Below are positions 18,200-24,734 of a DNA stretch of 53,718 nt, one piece after another. The notes under the pieces are model-generated. The model ran no database searches and was not told the origin of the DNA. It saw only the letters and a program-made list of their open reading frames with translations. The stretch's first letter is position 1, and each line of letters begins with the position of its first letter. The translations under genes were made by a program, and so were the position numbers. Source of the DNA: a virus (Duplodnaviria > Caudoviricetes); IMG/VR virus record IMGVR_UViG_3300030380_002559, positions 1 through 53,718 of that record. One strand, given 5' to 3'.

Positions 18200-18240
18200 T
18201 TACTATAGTATAGTAAGAGCGCGAATAAAAGCTCAAAATA
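18200..18240 (-). promoter_or_regulatory. Sigma70-type early promoter
   Basis: TTGAGC-18 nt-TATACT followed by ATAGTAA; near-identical layout to 20794-20829. Confidence 0.65.
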
Positions 18241-18269
18241 GATCAAACTTATCAGGAAAAGAAAGGACT

Positions 18270-18322
18270 GCAGTCAATCAGTCAGTCGGTCAGACAGCCT
18301 ACGCGCTCAGTGAATCAGTCAT
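18270..18322. repeat. Second degenerate (TCAG)n array
   Basis: cagtcaatcagtcagtcggtcagacag...ctcagtgaatcagtca; shares GTCAATCAGTCA with 17556-17567. Confidence 0.65.
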
Positions 18323-18703
18323 ACAAAGCAGCCGCAAAACCATGGGCCAATCAACTGGGGCATGCAGACGATGGGCCACTGATGATGAAACCCCACCCTC
18401 AATCAATTGAAGGGCATCAACTCCACGATGCAGCGTCAAAGCATTGTGTTTTGAATGAGCCACCATGATCCATGAACGACCTCCGGTTGTTGCACGACGC
18501 ATGTGCCAAGAACATTGAAAAGGAGTCAGTGAGACATTGTCAGTTGTAGTACACTTGAGTTCAATCCAAAACTCACACCCACCCCAACAACCATTGACGT
18601 CAGGTACTCCTTGCTGCAGCGCTCCCGTCTCGATCCTCTGCCAATGGACCTTGGGTAAGTTGGTTTTCAGTGCTTGGTATAATTTCTTCTCGGTACGATA
18701 CAT
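18299..18703 (-). CDS. PD-(D/E)XK nuclease (VRR-NUC / Holliday junction resolvase-like)
   Basis: E...RIET...GVPDV...FWIELK...LTPFQCSW motif. Confidence 0.8.
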   Translation of the reverse strand: MYRTEKKLYQALKTNLPKVHWQRIETGALQQGVPDVNGCWGGCEFWIELKCTTTDNVSLTPFQCSWHMRRATTGGRSWIMVAHSKHNALTLHRGVDALQLIEGGVSSSVAHRLHAPVDWPMVLRLLCMTDSLSA

Positions 18704-19229
18704 CGTTCACCACTTGCATGTTGTCACCGTCAAGCAATTCCTGTAACTTTGATCTTAGTTCTTCGTCCGACATCGATTCGACTTTGTTGACGGTTACTTC
18801 CTTCTTCTCGATATACAGACCCGCCGCCTTGCCCCTTGAGATCTCGGCACTGATTGCTGAAGATATTTGGCCGGAATCCACGGCTTCATCCCGCAAACGG
18901 GAAAGTTCAGTAAGATGTGACTGCATCGAAACATTTTGACGTTCAGCCTCTTTACGCATCAAATCTATGATATGATTACGGATGAGAGGATTCCTGCGAA
19001 GCAAGGCAGAACCTTGAGCTTTTGCGCCAAATTTGTGTTTTGTGAACCCTGACCGTCGAGCGGCCTCCGCACCAGACAGTCCTTGAACATAAAGCGTACA
19101 AAACTTTTTATGACGCGGAGAGAGCGGACGATGTTTCTTACCATCGGGTGCAACCCAATAGTTGCCGCACTCTGATGGAGCTACGGGCGTGTACTCAAGG
19201 GATTCCAAGGTAGTCACTTCATTAGCCAA
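18600..19229 (-). CDS. terS: Terminase small subunit
   Basis: LSPRHKKFCTLYVQGLSGAEAARRSGF HTH; ELSRLRDEA...AISAEISRGKAAGLYIEK. Confidence 0.75.
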   Translation of the reverse strand: MANEVTTLESLEYTPVAPSECGNYWVAPDGKKHRPLSPRHKKFCTLYVQGLSGAEAARRSGFTKHKFGAKAQGSALLRRNPLIRNHIIDLMRKEAERQNVSMQSHLTELSRLRDEAVDSGQISSAISAEISRGKAAGLYIEKKEVTVNKVESMSDEELRSKLQELLDGDNMQVVNDVSYREEIIPSTENQLTQGPLAEDRDGSAAARST

Positions 19230-19332
19230 GACGTTGCCTCCAACTACTTAACAAAGTAAGGATAGCAACAAATCTTACCGTCCGCAATGTCAATTTCCAG
19301 TGAGTTTTAGAATATAATTAGAAAGATTGTTC

Positions 19333-19449
19333 CGCGACGGCTTATCGTTCGAGACTGTTATCATAACCATAAACACTGTTATCATAACCAAGAACCAAGG
19401 TAAAAGAGACACTTACAAAGAAATTATGACATTATGAGATTATGATGGA
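19333..19449. repeat. Iteron-like element A (possible origin)
   Basis: CGCGACGGCTTATC, then 2x ACTGTTATCATAACCA (19354, 19375), then 3x TTATGA at 8-bp period (19424, 19432, 19440). An inverted relative lies at 34753-34860. Confidence 0.7.
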
Positions 19450-19490
19450 GGTTTTAAGGAGTCACTCACTCAAACCTACGGGGAGAGCAA

Positions 19491-19508
19491 TGGGGGCCGA
19501 AGCCCCCA
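19491..19508 (-). terminator. UUCG hairpin/terminator after the early operon
   Basis: UGGGGGC-UUCG-GCCCCCA; weak U-tract. Confidence 0.5.
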
Positions 19509-19516
19509 AGCAAAGA

Positions 19517-19753
19517 TTAGTTAGTTTCGTGAATCATGCGGCCACAATGTTCCCACTCGTTAAAGTCAATAAAGAACGCATAGGTGTTCATGTCATCTTT
19601 TAGATCGACGGCAACAGGGATAGAATTATCAGGCCAAACATAAAGGTCAACGAGCTGTTTGATATACCGTCCAGCTTCGTCAAGCGAGAGCCAAATACCA
19701 CCCATGAACTTACGCTCATGGGTGTTAGTATTTTCAGCAAAGAGCGCGTACAT
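19517..19753 (-). CDS. Hypothetical protein
   Basis: 78 aa; TAATG-coupled to the DUF932 gene. Confidence 0.6.
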   Translation of the reverse strand: MYALFAENTNTHERKFMGGIWLSLDEAGRYIKQLVDLYVWPDNSIPVAVDLKDDMNTYAFFIDFNEWEHCGRMIHETN

Positions 19754-20751
19754 TATACGGCCTCTGCATACTCGATAGCTTTCTCGAGAGCTTTGCCCTT
19801 ACGGGCGGCACCGGCACCAAACCAAGCTGAATGCATGGCGTTACCTGTCTCTTGACCACGACGCTGGTGGTCCTCGACAAAGGTCACACCATTTAGTGCG
19901 CCCCACCAAGTACCCTTGGCTGCTTTGAGTGTGGCACCGGGCGACTGGTCGATCGCTGTCATGACCATATCGGCTGTACGCGTAAACTTCTCACGCATGA
20001 TCAGCTCGGGGTCTTTGGCCTTTTCGACGAACAGATCTTTCTGGTACAACTCGGCAACGAAGTTAGCGACCGACTCACCAGTGAACTGCTTCGAAGCAAG
20101 GAACTCTGCCTGCTCCTTGAACTCCTCGCGCCGCGCCTTAGAAAGACCAAGAGCCTCTTCTGCAGCTTGACGGACATCATCATCGAAAGCGCGGATATGC
20201 GGCATACGAAACGCTGCACCGCCATCGCGTAGGGCGACGGTCAATGTATTGTTACACACAACACGGATCGGTGTGAACTTGATCGTCATCGCCTTACCAC
20301 AAAGATGCGGCTGGTTAATCAAGAGGTAACCCTTGACCTCGTCACCACCCGGCAACTGGAAATCGGAAGAAATCTTAGCAAGACCCCAAATCTCAGAACC
20401 GCTTTTCAACGAACCAGCGGTCTCCATAGTCATGTGACCGGCTTCCGTGAACTTCTTAAAGAAGTCGAAGATCTCTTCGTTTTGGATAGGGACGTAATCA
20501 TCGCCACAATGCGAAAGGATACTGCTATCGTTATCGCGCGTAATAAAGTGGTGTCCATCGACAGGCATAACGCCAACACCCTCATGCCACTCGCTCTCGG
20601 TGAGCGTATAAGCAGGACGCTTAGATACGGTCCAATCGAGATCAGCGGCTTGCATCATCTCTTTAGGTGTCAGGTCAGCTTCAACCGGAACACCGAGACC
20701 ATGCCAAGGAACTGCCCCTGCATACGCCATTGTTTCAACTAAATGTGCCAT
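19753..20751 (-). CDS. DUF932 (phage/plasmid TIGR03299-like) protein
   Basis: MAHLVETMAY...PWHGLG...YVPIQNEEIFDF...ETAGSL...FTPIRVVCNNTL...GTWWGALNGVT. Confidence 0.85.
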   Translation of the reverse strand: MAHLVETMAYAGAVPWHGLGVPVEADLTPKEMMQAADLDWTVSKRPAYTLTESEWHEGVGVMPVDGHHFITRDNDSSILSHCGDDYVPIQNEEIFDFFKKFTEAGHMTMETAGSLKSGSEIWGLAKISSDFQLPGGDEVKGYLLINQPHLCGKAMTIKFTPIRVVCNNTLTVALRDGGAAFRMPHIRAFDDDVRQAAEEALGLSKARREEFKEQAEFLASKQFTGESVANFVAELYQKDLFVEKAKDPELIMREKFTRTADMVMTAIDQSPGATLKAAKGTWWGALNGVTFVEDHQRRGQETGNAMHSAWFGAGAARKGKALEKAIEYAEAV

Positions 20752-20752
20752 G

Positions 20753-21004
20753 TCACTTTCTCCTTTGATTGCATAGCTTACTTCTTACTTTATTACTATA
20801 GTATGCAATACGCGGGAATAAAACGTCAAAGCGTTGCCTTTTACGCGCAAAATTATCAGTGATTGTCAAGTTACAAGCGAGACAGTGAACCACACCATTT
20901 TTCTTTGGCTCACGGAATGCAACCAAACAACGGGGGCATTGGTCAGCATCCAATGCCCCCTGAATAGTTCCGGGTTCACCAAAAGTAGGGAGCTTAGAAG
21001 CCAT
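20753..21004 (-). CDS. Small Zn-ribbon-like protein
   Basis: CPRC...CLAC; the C-terminal tail runs across the promoter. Confidence 0.5.
   Translation of the reverse strand: MASKLPTFGEPGTIQGALDADQCPRCLVAFREPKKNGVVHCLACNLTITDNFARKRQRFDVLFPRIAYYSNKVRSKLCNQRRK
20794..20829 (-). promoter_or_regulatory. Sigma70-type early promoter
   Basis: TTGACG-18 nt-CATACT followed by ATAGTAA. Confidence 0.65.
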
Positions 21005-21179
21005 TGGTGATGATGAGGGCTACTAATAGATAGACAACAACTAGCACCAAAAGAACAATGAGCCAAGAACTGTGACGCGTGGCTTTTTCAGGAACGAAAG
21101 GTGCGCGACTACCATTCGTCGTATGGTTCATATGAAGATACATTAACGATCGCATCAACGGCTTACTTTGCTGTTCCAT
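20994..21179 (-). CDS. Small single-TM membrane protein
   Basis: ATG at 21179 after CAGGAG; WLIVLLVLVVVYLLVALII. Confidence 0.55.
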   Translation of the reverse strand: MEQQSKPLMRSLMYLHMNHTTNGSRAPFVPEKATRHSSWLIVLLVLVVVYLLVALIITNGF

Positions 21180-21363
21180 TTTCGATCTCCTGAACTTGTT
21201 TACCCATTTCGACGATCCGTGCACGCAGGACACGAGTTTGGTTACAGTCCGTACAACAGCGGCCATCGTTGATCGGCCACGCATTATGACCTTGTGTCCA
21301 ATAGACCTCACCGTTAGGAAGTTTGTGTTCATCAATTTCACCGTGACATATTGAGCATTTCAT
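21163..21363 (-). CDS. Small Cys-rich (Zn-binding) phage protein
   Basis: CSIC...GHNAWPINDGRCCTDCN. Confidence 0.7.
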   Translation of the reverse strand: MKCSICHGEIDEHKLPNGEVYWTQGHNAWPINDGRCCTDCNQTRVLRARIVEMGKQVQEIENGTAK

Positions 21364-21535
21364 CTTTCAAGGACTCCTCTCGTTTTTTCAAGTTACAATG
21401 GACCGCCCTGTTGAAAGTGTAGGGCAAGGTTTCGCTTCTCGCAAACATCGCATCGACGAACTGGTCAATCTCGATATAAGTCAAGCGACTGACGACCTCG
21501 GCGAGATCGTCCATGAATGGGTCTTTATCAGTCAT
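21338..21535 (-). CDS. Hypothetical protein
   Basis: Start MTDKDP after GGAGAGG; coupled to neighbours. Confidence 0.5.
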   Translation of the reverse strand: MTDKDPFMDDLAEVVSRLTYIEIDQFVDAMFARSETLPYTFNRAVHCNLKKREESLKDEMLNMSR

Positions 21536-21818
21536 CCGCCTCTCCAAAGAAGATCGCGTTATGAACACCGACCGGTTTATTACGATCGAGCTTCAACTTA
21601 CCGTCGACCCAATCATAAAAGCCATGGATCTGTGGCATTTTGTATTTACGCCCTTTTAAGACAACGACTTGATCAATAACTTTTGGATCGCAGATAAAAC
21701 CATCGTTAAATGATTTTACGAGGTATGCTTCAAGAGCCTTGATCGAAGGACATATCGGTGTTAGCCAATGACCATTAGTACCGTTAAAACCAGTCGAATG
21801 AATCTGAGCTGAATACAT
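21528..21818 (-). CDS. Hypothetical protein
   Basis: RBS AAAGGAG with a promoter directly upstream. Confidence 0.65.
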   Translation of the reverse strand: MYSAQIHSTGFNGTNGHWLTPICPSIKALEAYLVKSFNDGFICDPKVIDQVVVLKGRKYKMPQIHGFYDWVDGKLKLDRNKPVGVHNAIFFGEADD

Positions 21819-21837
21819 TTTTTTCTCCTTTACAGTC

Positions 21838-21885
21838 TTACTATATTAGTATGCTGGAGAACAAAGGCGAATAATATCTCAAAAT
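21838..21885 (-). promoter_or_regulatory. Early promoter
   Basis: TATTTTGAG-ATATTATTCGCC...CATACTAATATAGTAA resembles the other early promoters. Confidence 0.55.
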
Positions 21886-21890
21886 AATGG

Positions 21891-22250
21891 AAGGTGTTCC
21901 GTGGCTTTGGTGGAGCATGTATTAAGGCAGACCCACCTTTGCTTAGTTCTATCCTCCTCTCAAGCAAGCCCGATGGGGGTAAGGATAGGCCAAGAGCCAC
22001 GGCCTTGTATTTCACTTTGTCTTAACCGGATGACGTTGGTGTTCCACACGGCTCTTACGAGTACCGTCTACCTCGCTCTTTTTACGAAGGATCGCTTTCG
22101 CGATTTCGCCGTGGTTGTTCGAGGTAGTCACAAGCTCCACCATTACCATCTTTTACTAACACCCCAACGCGTCAGTGGTCTTAACTCAGCTGGGACGAGG
22201 TCGAACCTTTGGCACCCCGCCCACGGAAAGGAATTTTGTCTGCCCCCCCT
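21891..22250 (-). ncRNA. Candidate large structured non-coding RNA (unknown class)
   Basis: Gene-free ~360 nt with about 9 complementary segment pairs, two GNRA tetraloops on the minus strand and several crossing long-range pairings (see findings). Confidence 0.6.
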
Positions 22251-22258
22251 AACCTGAA

Positions 22259-22486
22259 TTAAACATCTTGTTGTTCCAGAACAACTGAACCATCGCCATA
22301 GTCTTTGCGACCTAATTCAAGGTTCCAGCCAACATTATATTCAGAAATCTCCTGCGGAGACAAATCTTCTGATTTGATCGTGTACCCCCGCCCATCGATA
22401 TAGTCGACACGATGGGGGTTATAGGGCCGACCGCGATAACGGTCAGCCCCTCCACGGTCATATGGTGAACCGTGGGCTTTATTCAT
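22259..22486 (-). CDS. Conserved small phage protein
   Basis: HGSPYDRGGADRYRGR...EYNVGW...KDYG. Confidence 0.7.
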   Translation of the reverse strand: MNKAHGSPYDRGGADRYRGRPYNPHRVDYIDGRGYTIKSEDLSPQEISEYNVGWNLELGRKDYGDGSVVLEQQDV

Positions 22487-23034
22487 GACGCGGCCCTCAT
22501 AAAGTCGCGCTGGTACTGATCAAGGATTACCTGAGTAAGCCTAACCGGAATCGTATCATCGAGATCTTTCGAAACGTACCTACCGAAATCAGTAAGGGAC
22601 CACTCAAGATCGCGAGACCCGGCAGAGATCGGACGCGAATTAATCAGTCCGATATCACGGGGACGACTAAGCACCGACGATAACGAATTATCGTGCATAT
22701 ACCCAATGGCCGAAGCCAGCTGAGAAGTCCGCAAGAACCCAAGCGACCGATTACGGTACAGACAAATCAAGACCTGCCAAGTACGATACATCGAACGCTG
22801 ATCATTAGAAACCCGATCATGAAGAAACGGAACTACCGTACCATCCTGATGAGCAACCGGAACAGGAAGCGTCTCCAGCTCAGCGAATTCTTCCCAAACG
22901 TCGGGATAATTCTGAGCAAGAAGAAAAGCAATCTGCTTCGAAGGGGTACGAAACTCTTTCTCTGCGATCGCCTTTAAGACGCGGTAAGTCGGAATTTCGA
23001 CAGCCACCGACTTATGGCTTTCAATGTTTGTCAT
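22483..23034 (-). CDS. Putative regulator (N-term ribbon-helix-helix-like, C-term winged HTH-like)
   Basis: KSVAVEIPTYRVLKAIAEKEFRTPSKQIAFLL; TSQLASAIG...SSVLSRPRDIGLI...WSLTDFG. Confidence 0.6.
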   Translation of the reverse strand: MTNIESHKSVAVEIPTYRVLKAIAEKEFRTPSKQIAFLLAQNYPDVWEEFAELETLPVPVAHQDGTVVPFLHDRVSNDQRSMYRTWQVLICLYRNRSLGFLRTSQLASAIGYMHDNSLSSVLSRPRDIGLINSRPISAGSRDLEWSLTDFGRYVSKDLDDTIPVRLTQVILDQYQRDFMRAAS

Positions 23035-23065
23035 TTAGCTTTCTCCCTCTATATGACAACGATGA

Positions 23066-23135
23066 AGTTAATGAACGCTTCATTAACTATTATTATAGTA
23101 AACTAACAAACTAAAGAAGTTTAGTACCAAAATAA
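23066..23135 (-). promoter_or_regulatory. AT-rich promoter with palindromic operator
   Basis: -10 TATAAT; perfect inverted repeat AGTTAATGAA-cgc-TTCATTAACT at 23066-23088. Confidence 0.55.
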
Positions 23136-23148
23136 ACTATTTTATGAT

Positions 23149-23174
23149 AAAAAGAGGCGGCCCGAGAGCCGCCT
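23149..23174 (-). terminator. Intrinsic terminator
   Basis: AGGCGGC/GCCGCCU stem followed by CUUUUU. Confidence 0.75.
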
Positions 23175-23197
23175 TAGTTTAGGGAGGAAAGCAAGGA

Positions 23198-23602
23198 TCA
23201 TCTTGCCTTCTCAAGGCTGACAGATACTGGATCAAAAAGATAGCCCTCTGTCAACAAATACCACGCCTCGCGCGACCCAGTGATATGCCAATATTTCAGG
23301 TTCTCAATTTCTTTTACTCGACTATTACGGTCGTGGATAACGACCCGCTGACCATCGTCCCAGATGAACCCCCAAGCACAGCGGAGATCCCAAGTGCTGT
23401 TTGGTTTCCACGTCCCACCGGCTGAGATACCTAAACCGTTAGGGAAATGGTCGGGGTGAATATCGGGGTGACCTAGGTACGACTCTAGGTCAGAAAACGA
23501 TGCCTCGCCGAATCCAATCAGCGGGTATTTAACGAATGTCTCAATGATAAGCTCCTGAGACATTGGCTTCGGGTCTAGCAGCATTTGTTTTAGTTTACCC
23601 AT
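23198..23602 (-). CDS. Hypothetical protein
   Basis: 134 aa; RBS GAGGAG. Confidence 0.6.
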   Translation of the reverse strand: MGKLKQMLLDPKPMSQELIIETFVKYPLIGFGEASFSDLESYLGHPDIHPDHFPNGLGISAGGTWKPNSTWDLRCAWGFIWDDGQRVVIHDRNSRVKEIENLKYWHITGSREAWYLLTEGYLFDPVSVSLEKAR

Positions 23603-23780
23603 TACTGCTCTCCTCTACGACCTCATGTGCCTCCACACACTCTGCAGTGGAAATTTCGCCACCGGTAAGGTTCGCCCACTCTTTACAAGCATTTGCTTCT
23701 GCTTCTTCTAACGACTTACCTCTTACGATAACTCTGCGTTCTACTGTGCCCATGACGAGCACGGAGTAACTTTTCCCCAT
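23595..23780 (-). CDS. Hypothetical protein
   Basis: Likely start MGKSYSV after AAGGAGAAAG; the ORF is open further upstream to 23888. Confidence 0.55.
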   Translation of the reverse strand: MGKSYSVLVMGTVERRVIVRGKSLEEAEANACKEWANLTGGEISTAECVEAHEVVEESSNG

Positions 23781-23847
23781 TACTTTCTCCTTTTGATCTG
23801 GGTCCATCCATTGACGCCGAGATATCCGGATCTCGGCGTCCTCATCG

Positions 23848-24147
23848 TCATGCGGCTGCATAGTCGTGGCCATAGTGATCATTAGCAAGACGTGCTTTTA
23901 GCATTTTGTTTTCCGCTTCTAGGCGCATTATCTTTGCCATAGTTAGGTACATTTTAGCGATCTTACGAGTATCTGCCGCCATCCGAAGATTAAAAGCATG
24001 TTTACGCCAAGTGTCCGTTTGTGCAGAGGGAAACATACGAACTAATCGAGCCTGATAAAGTAACTCGTGGTGCCGCTCAACCATCCGACCATAATCGACC
24101 ATATGGCGACCGTAGTCGTCTAACATAGAATTAGATGTGCTATCCAT
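23848..24147 (-). CDS. Hypothetical protein
   Basis: Start MDSTSN after AAGGAGG. Confidence 0.55.
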   Translation of the reverse strand: MDSTSNSMLDDYGRHMVDYGRMVERHHELLYQARLVRMFPSAQTDTWRKHAFNLRMAADTRKIAKMYLTMAKIMRLEAENKMLKARLANDHYGHDYAAA

Positions 24148-24157
24148 TCCTTCCTCC

Positions 24158-24379
24158 TTAGTGTCTGTTAGGGACATCTTCGACTAGACCGTGGGCGATA
24201 AGATACTCGCGGTAAAAGTCAAGACCCTCTGCGTTATCGTCGAAGACTGGCTCGAAGCCACTACCGATAATCGCTGACGCTAGTAAGTCAGCCTCGGTAC
24301 GCTCCTCCTCTCGCAAAGCTCGCCATATACAAATAGCTAGCGACTGCGAGATCCGAATGGGTTTACTGATATCTGACAA
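24158..24379 (-). CDS. Hypothetical protein
   Basis: TTG start 6 nt after GGGAGG; first gene after a promoter. Confidence 0.5.
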   Translation of the reverse strand: MSDISKPIRISQSLAICIWRALREEERTEADLLASAIIGSGFEPVFDDNAEGLDFYREYLIAHGLVEDVPNRH

Positions 24380-24400
24380 GTCATGCCTCCCTAATAAGGT

Positions 24401-24440
24401 TTACTATAATAATATAGTATAGGGGGCAGGGTTTAGTCAA
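24401..24440 (-). promoter_or_regulatory. Sigma70-type promoter
   Basis: TTGACT-18 nt-TATATT; contains TATACTATATTATTATAGTAA. Confidence 0.6.
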
Positions 24441-24461
24441 AAAAGCGCAAAAACGTGAAAC

Positions 24462-24734
24462 TTATGAGTCGCGCTCTATTTGATTAGCACTGATAACGTG
24501 GATATCGCCTAACGAATACCCAATAGCGCTTCCTCGCCGACGCTCTCGTTCTATAGCAAAACCTATAGCTTGATCTTCAGTCGTAGCGTTGATTTTACGG
24601 ACACGTGTATACTCAGTGATAAGGATAACTTCATACAAAGCAGAGTTATATTTTTCGTGGTCCTTTAACTTATGTTTTTTGGAACGTGTAGTTTGATTCT
24701 GCGCCCCTCGTCCACCCCCTTGTACTTTCGGCAT
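24462..24734 (-). CDS. Hypothetical protein
   Basis: 90-aa ORF overlapping the 3' end of polA. Confidence 0.5.
   Translation of the reverse strand: MPKVQGGGRGAQNQTTRSKKHKLKDHEKYNSALYEVILITEYTRVRKINATTEDQAIGFAIERERRRGSAIGYSLGDIHVISANQIERDS

Noticed and set aside
19354-19445. CRISPR-like mini-array
   Set aside because: Repeats are only 6-16 bp with 2-5 bp gaps; there are no spacers and no cas genes.
22020-22056. Group II intron domain V resemblance (GAGCCGUGUG...CAUCCGGUU)
   Set aside because: Lacks the inner GNRA-capped stem and bulge, has no GUGYG 5' end or RT ORF, and does not interrupt a gene.
21908-22246. tmRNA identity for the structured RNA (GGGGCA...UGCUCC-A-CCA could form an Ala-type acceptor with G3-U; length ~339 nt)
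   Set aside because: No T-arm before the 3' acceptor strand, no tag ORF ending in AA, and both segments have longer alternative partners. ARAGORN/cmscan should still be run.
21830-22257. ORF-track calls 21830..22015 (-) and 21901..22257 (+)
   Set aside because: No RBS or protein-like features; they overlap a promoter and the paired RNA region.
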